Source of the DNA: Acanthaster planci
Taxonomy: Eukaryota
Length of the DNA: 64,000 nucleotides
Assembly (NCBI RefSeq): GCF_001949145.1
Contig: NW_019091359.1
Location: 1,810,540 to 1,874,539 of the forward strand
Direction of reading: 5' to 3'
Positions 11,501 through 23,500 of the stretch are shown in pieces; position 1 is the first letter of the stretch, and every line of letters starts with the position of its first letter. The notes beneath the pieces were generated by a model. It was not told the DNA's origin and did no database searches. It was given only the letters and a program-made list of their open reading frames with translations. Position numbers and translations under genes: made by a program.

Positions 11501-14500
11501 TTATGAGTGTGTGGACACATGTATATGAAAGATGACATGCATACGCTTGCCTATCGTCAGCCCTTATGCATATTTTAGTGCAAGTGTGAATTTACGTTTC
11601 TAAAGGCTACTCGCAGCTCAGATGGTCAACAAATGACCAATTATAATTGTGCACTGTTTTCATTAGTATGCGATGCAATGTGTGTCATGGATGATATGGT
11701 TTTAGAGATATTAACATACATGTAGCATTGCCGATGCAAACACATGCAGTGTTACAAATAATGGTAAAACCCTGCCTCATACAATTGCTTAACATTACAG
11801 AAAGGGCACAAGGTGGCATGTATATGTAGGCCTGTGCCGGGTACTCAAGTACCTGCCCGTCAATATCAAAGCCTGGTTCCTTTTCGTCAGGCCAGGTACC
11901 CGTAACCCCCCCCCCAAAAAAAAAACAGATAAAAAATGTTTGTGAACTTCAATAATGAAGGCCTGAAAAATCACTGTGCCACTGAAAAACCCGGTCCCAG
12001 GGTCACAACTCGGGTTCAGAAATCGACAGAGCTACTTTTGGTCCAAATTAAAAGTAACACTTTGTTGAATAAAAGTTAGAGGAGATTCCCCTCTAATGTT
12101 GAGAGCAACGTGCTGCTTCCTACGTAGGACAGAAGAGCCCCGTTTCGGGAACATGGTCTGCTGGGATTGCATGCAAAGTCTACTCTATTTTTTAAGGACG
12201 GGTACCCAAAGCAGGTTTCCGGTTCTTTACCCATAAATGCGCACCCCTAGTGGCATTTAGATAATGAGAAAACGACATCACGTACATGTATGACATAGCA
12301 TTCACCGACAAATCCAGATAGCATGAGAGACTGTGGAGAAGCGTCATGACACACGAGTACAGAAGCATTACATTGACAGGCAGCACACAACATCAAAGAC
12401 AACAAAGGCAAACCATTTCACAGCGAATGACAAGCACTTCAGGATGACAACTTCCAGGGCAGTGACACATGGTAAAGTGTCAGAGATGCACACAGAATTA
12501 TGCATCATGACATTGTCAGTGAGACAAAAAGCCATGAGCAGGCTACCGACGATAGCAGTGCAGGAAGCCAAGACAGCGATGGAAACCAGTGACAGCTTAA
12601 AGTTTATGGATGTTGATTGTTAACCACTTGCTGCCAAGGGACTCATTTTCGAGAACGCAGACTTTATACCGTACATGGAGCCGGGAAACCCGAAATAGGA
12701 CAAAGGGAACTGGGCCTTGTAACAAAAGACCATACTCAGAACAAAAACCAGGCTGCTGGGCATTACCGACATTTTTCACTCTCAATAGGGGAGATAATCC
12801 AGCCTTGTTTTGAAACAGTATACCACGGTTTGGGGCATTTAGAGTGAGCGGATTACCATCGGTGACAAAAGCGCTCCACCACCACAGTGATGAGCCACAC
12901 AGCACCGCTGCATGCTAATCTGGCCCTATTGGAAAGTGGTCAGCAGTGCACTGTGCCAGGTTCATGAACAAAAGAAAGTTATATAACACTGCACAATCTG
13001 GGCTCTTTTTACAAGGCTGCAGGCCTGGCTGAAGTACTTGGGCGTCAATAGATTTTGTCTGTCAGACTAGAGTGGCCACCAGACAGTAATTGGTGTGGTC
13101 TAAACATCCATTAATTGAAATGATGAATTTTTGAAGAATTTAAAAATTGAAAATCTTGGAAAAGTCCCGATTATGTGCTTTGCGTTTTTCAAACCACCCG
13201 GCAGCAAGTGGTTAAGAATGCAGTGCCAGTCCCTTGTCGATGGATTCCACTCACAAAATACAGTACAGACTCTGAACACTAAATAAATGTGATGGAAAAG
13301 CACATACATGACGTCAAATATGGGTGACCAAGTTTAACATACATGTATGCCCAACACATCCAAAGTTCATCAAACCTCCATGACTTGGTCAGTAGAACCA
13401 GGTCACTGCATGCAGTCAGGATTCCCAGTTGGTAAGAAGAAAAAAACTATACAGGATTGCGACAGCTTTAAGCATCAATCAGTGACCGCGGTTGCCAGGG
13501 GCGATCTGTCATTCAGGACTCAAATTAGAACCAGCCCTACATGTAGCCCAGTATTTGGACTGTCAGAAATGGCCGCCGCAGGAGTTAGACACATGCGGGC
13601 CAATCATTGGCTTAGAAACTTGGAAACAAGAACGCTGCCATGATTCAACATAGCCAGTTGTTCAGGCCGTGCTCAGTTAACCAGATCATTAATTTTTCCT
13701 CTAATCCAATCTAATAATTTGTCATTGTCAGCTGTCAGTGAACAAAGCAAACAACTTATGCAGACCAAGGATGAAATAGCAAAAGTTGGACAGCATCAGT
13801 GTCAAATAAATGTAGATCGGCCAAGACAGAGTGTAGTCAGCGGAGAATGATTGATTGATATGTTTAATAAAATTAACTTAAATTAGCCCCAGTGGAGAAT
13901 GATTGATTGATATGTCTAATAGAATTTTCATAAATTAGCCCCAGAATTAATGACCGTTTCCCTGTACTTGGATTTTGTTTTTGCATAGTGGACATTACGC
14001 TTGTTTGCATTTGTAATTTCTTTGTTCAGCTTTACAAAAACCTTGATGGTTCATGTTATTAGATCTATGGAGATAAGTCTTTGTTTAATTCCCAAGGTCT
14101 CTCGCATCATGCATGTGATCTAGGTGGTTATGAGTGTGTAGACGCCTTCAATTATGGACCTATAACAATAGGGGACAATAGGGCCCACGGTTGCCGAAGA
14201 GTCCACTTTTGGAAAACATGTACAAAACATATGGGAGGTCTTCCGAAAAAGTTAAAGTATGGACAAAAGAGGAACAATAGGGAGTCCAGGATTGAAGGCG
14301 TTTACACACTTGTGTGTGTGGGCACAGAGTAGATGCAAGTATCAGAAACAAGCGTGACAAACCCTTTGTGGGACACACAGCAACAAATGCATTGAAGATT
14401 CAAACCAGCCTCTTGTCTCCGTCGCTGGCTCCTGTATTTGAAGCCTTGCTCGTTTTCCTTCCTGCAGACCATTTCAACTCACGAGGAGAAGAACTTCATC

Positions 14501-17500
14501 CGCAACAAGGCGGCCCAACTCTTCTCCCTCCTCTTCATCAATGACTACCCCCACCGCTGGCCGGGGTTCTTCCGGGACCTAATCCAGCTCCTGCACGCCG
14601 GCCCCAAGGCCGTCGACATGTACCTGCGCATCTTGATCGCGATTGACGAGGACGTGGTGGACCGAGAGCTGTTGCACACCCAGGAGGTACAGGAGAATGC
14701 TCGTCTATTTTCACCTCTGAAATGTCAGGCGCACATTGCATGCCTACTGAAACAAAACCCTGCTTCAAAATTAGAGCAGGAACTACGTCTTTCCGTCGAA
14801 CAGCTACCAAGTAATATTTCAGGTGTAACCTGTTTCTAGTTGTGCAACCAAAATATCCCTGACACCTTATGTTTAAGGTTGAGTCAGTTTGAATAATTGG
14901 ACACTTTCCTGTTCACAGTTTTTCCTCTCTGAAGAAAATAATGTTCAGCCTCAGGTGCCTTCCACGATGAGATGTTTTACAACGAGACGATTAGCATGCA
15001 CGCCTTACATGACCCGTGCTTTTCAAACCAGCAGCTCTAGTCTGAACAGCGAGCTCAGTTAGAATGTTGAATTGGACGAAACAGACAAGTTTGAAGTATC
15101 AGTGGGGGAATGATCAGTTGACGATTGGATTACAATCAAAGCGATTTACAATTCACAAGTACGCTGCCAGTTTTTGCCTTGAAGAGGTCATCAGTTTCAC
15201 GGTTGATACGTTGCACATTATGCAGTTAGCCATCTGTTCCTCATTGATAACTCGCAATAGCACAGACACAGTAGCCTCCCAAACTCGTCATTCTCACCCG
15301 AAAATCCGACTCAAATCTTGTGAATCCCCCCCCCCAAAAAGAAACAATTTCATGTGGCTCTCTGATGTTGACTCTTCTGCAATGAGCTGCAAAAATTACC
15401 TCTCGCCTGCTGTTTCTTTGCAGCATAGTGTATTGTACATTGTACCTATCATGACCTCCATACCAACCACACTGGTGTTAAGTTGTTGACAGTATAAAAG
15501 CGGAGGACCAAAAGAATGATCGTCCGAACCGCTGAGTCTTTGCTCATTTCTGAATTAAAATAATGGGGTCGTTGTCTGCCTTGCCTGCCGTAGGATGCCC
15601 AGCGGAGCACAGCGTTGAAGGACAGCATGAGAGAGCACTCACTGACGGAGATAGTCAGCTCCTGGTACCAGATCCTGGTGAGTCTCTGCAGCTGTGTGCG
15701 GTCTCAGTCTGGTCCCCAGACACATAAACGCACAGACCGCCAGTCTGGTGCGTATTACTGTGATTTTGAAAAGCATGGGCGAAGCTATGGATGGTAGCGC
15801 GTTCAGTGAGCATTACGCACAGTGCACTTACATTGCCTGCACTTTGTTTGCTTGTGCTGAGCTCCCAAAATACGTTCTCCCTTTTCGGTCTTTGGTACTG
15901 CTATCTCTCCTTTTCAAATGTTGTAAATGCAACATTTAGACTCTACATGGGCCAGTTTAAGTAAATAACGGAGTTTTCTCACAGTAAAAAAAATAGCTTC
16001 GTGTAATTTTTGGGGGGGCTGGAGTTTGTCAACTGTGCTTAAAATTCCCTATACCGAGGGGAGAATTTTTCCTTAGTTTTGATTTTAGTCGGTTGCCGCG
16101 CAGATCATGAAGTGATTATGTAGTTTGAATGCAATCTGGCGGTCTGTGCACTTACATGTCTGTGATCTGATCACTTACCCATTTTCTCAGTAGGAATAGG
16201 GAGTCCACAAATACCCTGTGCCTCAAGGCCTCAGACGCTGACACTGAGTCAGTTGAATTTTACTGAAATCCCTCTTTGGATCAGTTGGTCGTCAGCACAA
16301 AGATAGACAGCTGTGTCATTTTGTGCATTGCAATAAACACCCCCTCATGTGGATATGAGATTACAGTTGGTGCCATCCAACAACTGTGCTTCACTGGTCC
16401 TCTTTAATAACTGTGCATTAAACCGACTGGAGTGACGACAGCACATTTTTTGTATTGGCAAACAACTGTACGCACTCGGACGCTTTGCAGCATTCTGCCC
16501 CGTACAGAAAATGCCTGCCAAAGACTATATCGTGTGAAATTTGTTCGTGTGTGCACCGTCAAACCACTGTCAAAACATAGAAGAGTTAATGACACCCTGT
16601 TAAAGCAAACACTCGAGCTACAGTTAAACCTGCTACACATCGATTTGGTTTGACTGCTGTGCAGGCCTGGGCCACAGTAAGTACAAGCTGGATAGGTGTG
16701 CATTCAAAACCAGTACAGAAGTGACAGTTACACAGTTGTGCTTACTAGTAAGCCGTCATAGTTTTTCACATTTATTTATTGATACCTGAGACAGTTTCCC
16801 TGTTCAACAATGTGCAACGTGACTGGGTACAACAATTTGATAATGCCGCTGCGATTTGATAATGCCCGCTGCATAAAAATGTGCTTGCACCTGGATACGA
16901 GATGGGTTAATCTATTCCTGTTGGTCATGTGTCTGTGTTCCCCATGCAGAACTTGCCACGCGTGCTTGAAGTCTATATATGGAGATTCTTGTGGACTTCT
17001 TGCACAAGGAATACACCAAAACATTAACGGGGGGTGTTAGGGAAAATGATGGTAAAATTCATGAACAAAATCCTTGGAAATTTATCCTACACTGACTTCT
17101 TTTGACTCTCGGACTAAAACGGTATTTATGAATGGGAATAAATATGTGCTTGGTCTGTCTCAAAGAAGTCCATAAATACAATTTATGTGCTTGGCTGGCC
17201 TTAAACGTGCGTTGGAGACCAGCTCAGAAGAATGGACACGACTAATGCCCGAGCCTGATCACGAATCACAGTCTTTGTTGTACAGTGGCAATTATCAAAG
17301 AAATACAAACCTGTGGATAAATGGTATCCATTGGAGGTAATTCTGTCCCATTTCTGATTGACAGAAAATGTATGAAACACAAACCCCGAACTGACTTGTC
17401 TATGCCTGGAGGTCATCGGAGCCTATGTGTCCTGGATCGACATCAACCTCATTGCCAACGACCGGTTTGTGTCGTTGCTGCTCCGTTACCTCTCCGTCGA

Positions 17501-20500
17501 CGTCCTGCGGGAGAGCGCCTGTGACTGCTTCCACGAGATCATCAGTAAAGGGATGGATCCCGTGGCCAAGACAGAGCTGGTGGAGTCCATTACGAAAGTG
17601 CTGCATGATTCAGGGGTCATTCCACCGACTGATGTAAGTGTCCAATGGCTTCATGTCTCCCAGGGACATGGAGCATTCTAGCAGGATACCGTGGAATTTG
17701 TCGTGGCTGTTTCTCAGCCAAAAAGGATGTGTGAATCCCACCCTTGCGAGATCCTTCAGAGTTCACTACGGGGTGTTGGGCAGAGTTTGCAGGATTCAGC
17801 AAGGTGGATCCTCGCAACTATTGCTGCACAGGGAATGTGAACAGCTCTCGAATGTCAGTTTCAAAAATGTGCCAATGGTCTCGGACACAGTGGAAGATTC
17901 TAGAAGCTTCGTGAAGGTTCTTGACAAAACTGTTCATGAAGTCAGTGCCCAAACTTGTTGAATTGAAGTAGCTAGGGTTGAATTTAGACACCTTGTATTT
18001 TCATTCAGACATCCAATATTGAAAGCATGACAGACTGCAATGAGTCTTTCACTTGCACACAAATGAGACATTTCAACGTGATAATTTCAGTACGTAACTT
18101 GCTTCATGCCCAGTTTCTAAGGTATGATACTGGAACCTTTTGAGCAGATTTTGGAAGGGGGCAGGAAGATGGCAGTAATCTGAAGTGTGGAACTCTCATT
18201 GAATCAAGTTAGAGTTACGGTGTAAAGGATCTATGAGATCAAAGTGGATCAATATTTACACAACTTTGTTTTGTTGTCTCCCGCACAGGACGATGTGGAT
18301 TTCCTAGCGAAACTATCCAAGTTGACCAATGGAATTGGCACGAATCTTATTGCCAGTTGGGAAAAGTAAGTAGCTGATGTCATTCTTGATTCTGCAGNNN
18401 NNNNNNNNNNNNNNNNNNNNNNNNNNNNNNNNNNNNNNNNNNNNNNNNNNNNNNNNNNNNNNNNNNNNNNNNNNNNNNNNNNNNNNNNNNNNNNNNNNNN
18501 NNNNNNNNNNNNNNNNNNNNNNNNNNNNNNNNNNNNNNNNNNNNNNNNNNNNNNNNNNNNNNNNNNNNNNNNNNNNNNNNNNNNNNNNNNNNNNNNNNNN
18601 NNNNNNNNNNNNNNNNNNNNNNNNNNNNNNNNNNNNNNNNNNNNNNNNNNNNNNNNNNNNNNNNNNNNNNNNNNNNNNNNNNNNNNNNNNNNNNNNNNNN
18701 NNNNNNNNNNNNNNNNNNNNNNNNNNNNNNNNNNNNNNNNNNNNNNNNNNNNNNNNNNNNNNNNNNNNNNNNNNNNNNNNNNNNNNNNNNNNNNNNNNNN
18801 NNNNNNNNNNNNNNNNNNNNNNNNNNNNNNNNNNNNNNNNNNNNNNNNNNNNNNNNNNNNNNNNNNNNNNNNNNNNNNNNNNNNNNNNNNNNNNNNNNNN
18901 NNNNNNNNNNNNNNNNNNNNNNNNNNNNNNNNNNNNNNNNNNNNNNNNNNNNNNNNNNNNNNNNNNNNNNNNNNNNNNNNNNNNNNNNNNNNNNNNNNNN
19001 NNNNNNNNNNNNNNNNNNNNNNNNNNNNNNNNNNNNNNNNNNNNNNNNNACTGCTTGAAACAAGCCTCCATAGTGCAATTTTTCTCATTTAAAACAAAAG
19101 AAAATTTTCCTTCCCTTTTCAGGAATTTTGCGTTTGAATATACAAATTCAAAAAATATTATTCAAATATCAACAATCAGTCGAATATTCAGATATTGGAC
19201 ACAGCCCTACTCAGGTATTAAACTTGTTTCTTCTGTCTTCAATATCTTCATCATTTGATTCAGATCACCACTGTCAATAAGTTCACTGCAATCGTCGTGT
19301 TACAAGTGGCAAAAATGGGTTGTAAAATTTCACATTCCATGGTATTATCCTGTTATTCTTAACCAGCAAACCTGTTCTGTTTTATTTGGATCCAGACTTA
19401 CTAAGACGCGAGACAGCGCCCTCACTGCCAAGACCTTACAAGCCATCGAGAGCAAACTGCCACTTCTCTTTGAGTTTCTGGGTCACGAAGATGACGACAT
19501 CTCGCTGGCGGTGACGGGATTTGCTCACGACTACATCGGGGTTCTCAAACAGGTCAGTCAACCGAGGCCTGAGAGTCCTTCCGGGAAACTTTCAATTTCC
19601 TGATTGGAGATTGGAACCACTACTGCAGAAAACTTGCAGAACAGTGTGAAAGCAGATGCATAGTCACTGACAATAACCTTTTGTTATTTCTCTCTAGATT
19701 TCAAGACCATTTTGCATTTCCATCCAGACATTGCTTGGTATTCAAATTGAAAAGGATCAGTTCTTCAGCTTATCTGTTGAACATTAAATTGAAAATTCTA
19801 AATTTAATAACTGAAAATACCGTATTGCAATTGGAAGATTTATGAATGTGAGGGATAAAAATCTTCATTTCTGCAAGCTAGAAATCCTGGACTCTTAATG
19901 CGGTGTTCCAAGTGACAAAATTTAAAAATGATGGCAGTGGCTAAAAACATTGAATTTGGCCTAGGGAGTGGGCGGAGCCTTAGCATGGGGTTCAGGCCCA
20001 ATTTTATTTTGTTCGGGTCTTGTATATTTCGGGACACCATAAAGGCAGATTTTTTGTTCAAAATTAGATGCAGTTTTAGACATTCGTTGACAGATTTTTT
20101 CTTGTAAAATGAAGTATTTGAATGTATCATTTTGAACTTCGTTGTAAAATTGTAGAGCTTGTAGGTAACCTTTTAAACATGGGGAGAGGCAAGCAGAACT
20201 TGATGGCTGGGTCGTCAGGATACCTCTGTAGGTAGGAGGGCAGGATATGGGGCCCAACTTCCCCCAGAGCTCCTTAAGACAGCAATGTGCAAAACAAGGA
20301 TAGCATCTGCTGCAGGTTACCGGGCAAAATATTAGACCTGTATTGCTTGTTGCCATTTACCAGCCCGAGTCCATGAGCCAAGCAGTGGTTTCTGCAAAGC
20401 AACCCTGGGACTTTAGACCCAGCATGCCAGATATATGAAAAGCTTTGTGGGACTAGTGCTGGAAATACCAGAAGTATGAATCATATTTGAACCAGTTTAT

Positions 20501-23500
20501 TAAAAAAAACAATTCTGCCCCTTGTCAATCCTGGGATCTGATTGGTTGATAGATCTCCAAGCCCAGCCCAGAGCAGATGAGATACATGGAGAGCATGCTG
20601 TACGTGGTCATCCGCAAGTTCAAGTATGAGGAGAGCTACAACTTTGACAGCCAGGGGGAGGACGAGATTATGTTCATCGATTACCGGCGACAGATGAAGA
20701 TCCTCTTTGACAACCTGGCGCAGCTCAACCAGGCCCTGGTGTTACAGCTGGTCCACTCCTTCATCAGTAACACACTCAGGTAAGTCTGGGCCAGTCTGTT
20801 TCACGTACCACGCGTGGAACCCAGAACAACTTGGGTCCACGTGATGCAGGTTTCTGGAACCTTGAGCAGAGACCAAGCCAGGTACACACTGGGTTTTCCC
20901 CCTTCTCTGGAAGTTATTTTGAGGGGCATTTTTAGAGGCATCTTGGGGTTGGCGATTACCCGTAGCAAGATGAAGAGGAATACCCAAGGAAACCATTAAC
21001 AGTGTTGAAGGTAAAATGGTGTCCACCGCTTTGAGAAAAATGATTACTTTTTTAGACTTTCTTCAAAAAAAACAAAGGAAAATGCCACCAAGAATGTTAG
21101 GTACGCGTGTTTCTCCTTTTTTTTGCAAAGCTATGGGGACATTAAAAGTGTAAATGGATCTTCACATTCTTAGACTTAAATTTTTCTTATGTTATGATAT
21201 GATATGATATGATATGATATGATATGATATGATATGATATGATATGATATGATATGATATGATATGATATGATATGATATGATATGATATGATATGATAT
21301 GATATGATATGATATGATATGATATGATATGATATGATATGATATGTTATGATATGTTATGATCTAGCAAAATTAAACATCAACCATTGTATGAAATTAT
21401 TTTACTTGCATTATTAACACCAAATTGGTTTATGGATAGCCACTGGAAGTCAGTGAAATTCACGGAAGCAGAGTTAGCAGTGCGTCTGCTGTACATGCTG
21501 GGGGAAGCAATACCAGTCAACCAGGGTAACCACTTTGTAGGGGACCAGGCAAGGGCAGAGATCATGCGAGACCTGATGAGATTGGTGAGTCTGGCAGACG
21601 GGGTACCATACATGATGCTAGCTGTGTTTGGTATACCCANNNNNNNNNNNNNNNNNNNNNNNNNNNNNNNNNNNNNNNNNNNNNNNNNNNNNNNNNNNNN
21701 NNNNNNNNNNNNNNNNNNNNNNNNNNNNNNNNNNNNNNNNNNNNNNNNNNNNNNNNNNNNNNNNNNNNNNNNNNNNNNNNNNNNNNNNNNNNNNNNNGTT
21801 TGGGACCCGACTGACCCTCAGATCAGTGAGAATATTGACACCAGTGGTTGGGTGCCACGATGGATTCCCTGAGCAGTGCAGGGGACCAGACTGCAGCTTA
21901 GAGTAAAAGACCACAGCCCAAGCATTACTTTATTATTGTCTTTGAGACCTCCTGCCTTTTTGTATGGCAGAAAGAAAATACTTGAATAGCCAACATTTAT
22001 GATTTGTCAAACATCCATATTGAAACAACTAGATTTCCTGACGGCATGATTTGAGAGTTAGCCTCATTTTTACATTAAGGTGTTTTGGGGCAGATTTTGT
22101 GGATAAATATTCAAAGTCTGTCGGGAGGTGAATCTCGTTGCACTGTGAATCGAGCTGCATTGTAAAAGTGTAATTTTTATCTTTGTCTTGTTCCAGCTGA
22201 TCACAAGTCGCGTTGTGGAACATTCCCACTGGGCAGTAGGATTACAGGTACGTTGTGTCTGTGTTTGGTTAAGCCATTCCAAACATGGGATGCCATGGGC
22301 GTTTTAAAGAACCACTGATGGTGGAGAAAGCATCGTAGCATTTGTGCATAATTACCCTCCATGAACAGTTTATCTAAAAAGTGACTTTATTCCCAGCTAT
22401 TTTGTCCATCTAATCTGTTTTTGTCTTCGACAATTTCTTGTCTCTATTCTTGTTAGCTAACTTATCGTAGTTTAAATTCAAATTGTGTCCAAACTGGCAA
22501 AAAAAAATTTCAAGACTCGCTCACATTTTAGTGGAAATGTCTACTTCAAAGTATTTCCCCCTAAAGAGCTGAGGGGTAATTCCCACTCCCTACGACATAT
22601 TCTCTGATATCCTAACAGGGCAATATTTTGGTGCTGAGCCTACAGGAATTTTTCCCAGTAATATTTAACAGTCCTGTTTCCGTGACAGGTCATCTGAAAC
22701 TGTTACCATTTCATGTTTAATGTGCACAAGCACAAACAATGTATTACATTCATTAAACAGCAGCTGTGCCAGATTGAATTGAAATTTCACTGATGTAGTT
22801 GTAATTTGCTAGTTTACAGTTAATAAAGTGGGTTTAGTGGTTCTGATAAATTTAAGATTGAATCAACTTGATAATTGCCCCACTTTTGTTCCTGGCTGTG
22901 TAGGTATTTGAGACGATAGCGCGATACGATAAGTTCTTCAACTGCGAGCCCCAACACATCCCCAGCGTCCTGATGGCCTTCCTGGGTGACAGGGGACTGA
23001 GGCATTGTCATCCCACCATCCGTAGCCGCTCGGCGTACCTGTTCAGCCGCTTCATCAAGGCGGAAAAGCATCACCTGACAGATTTCACCGAGGAGATCCT
23101 CAAGAGAATACAGGACCTGCTGGTCATCGCACCCCCGGTAAGATATCTAAGTTGTACACATTCCAGCCCTCAAGGTTTGAAATTATGAAACCCTGTCTTC
23201 CATGCCAACACCTAGATCTGTTCACAGGGGTACATAGAGAATGGCGCTGCTGGCTAGGACAAGTCAAGCATCACTCTGAGTAAGGGTGCATTTTGGTATT
23301 CCTGAAACAGTTCTGTTTTGACGTCACAACCTCAAATGGCACCCAAAGCTATCGCTTCTTGCAAAATGAATTACCGAAGCTCTCAACTGATGACCCAAAA
23401 AACTAATGCAATTACTTGGTGGTGACTGTCGAGACCCCTGCCCCTCAGTCAGGTGATTCCAGGTAAGATGCATGATGGGTACATACATGTACACCGATGG

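Noticed and set aside
11827..12250. Possible hAT-like MITE (TAGGCCTGTGC...GCACCCCTAG)
   Set aside because: Ends match poorly and there is no properly placed target duplication.
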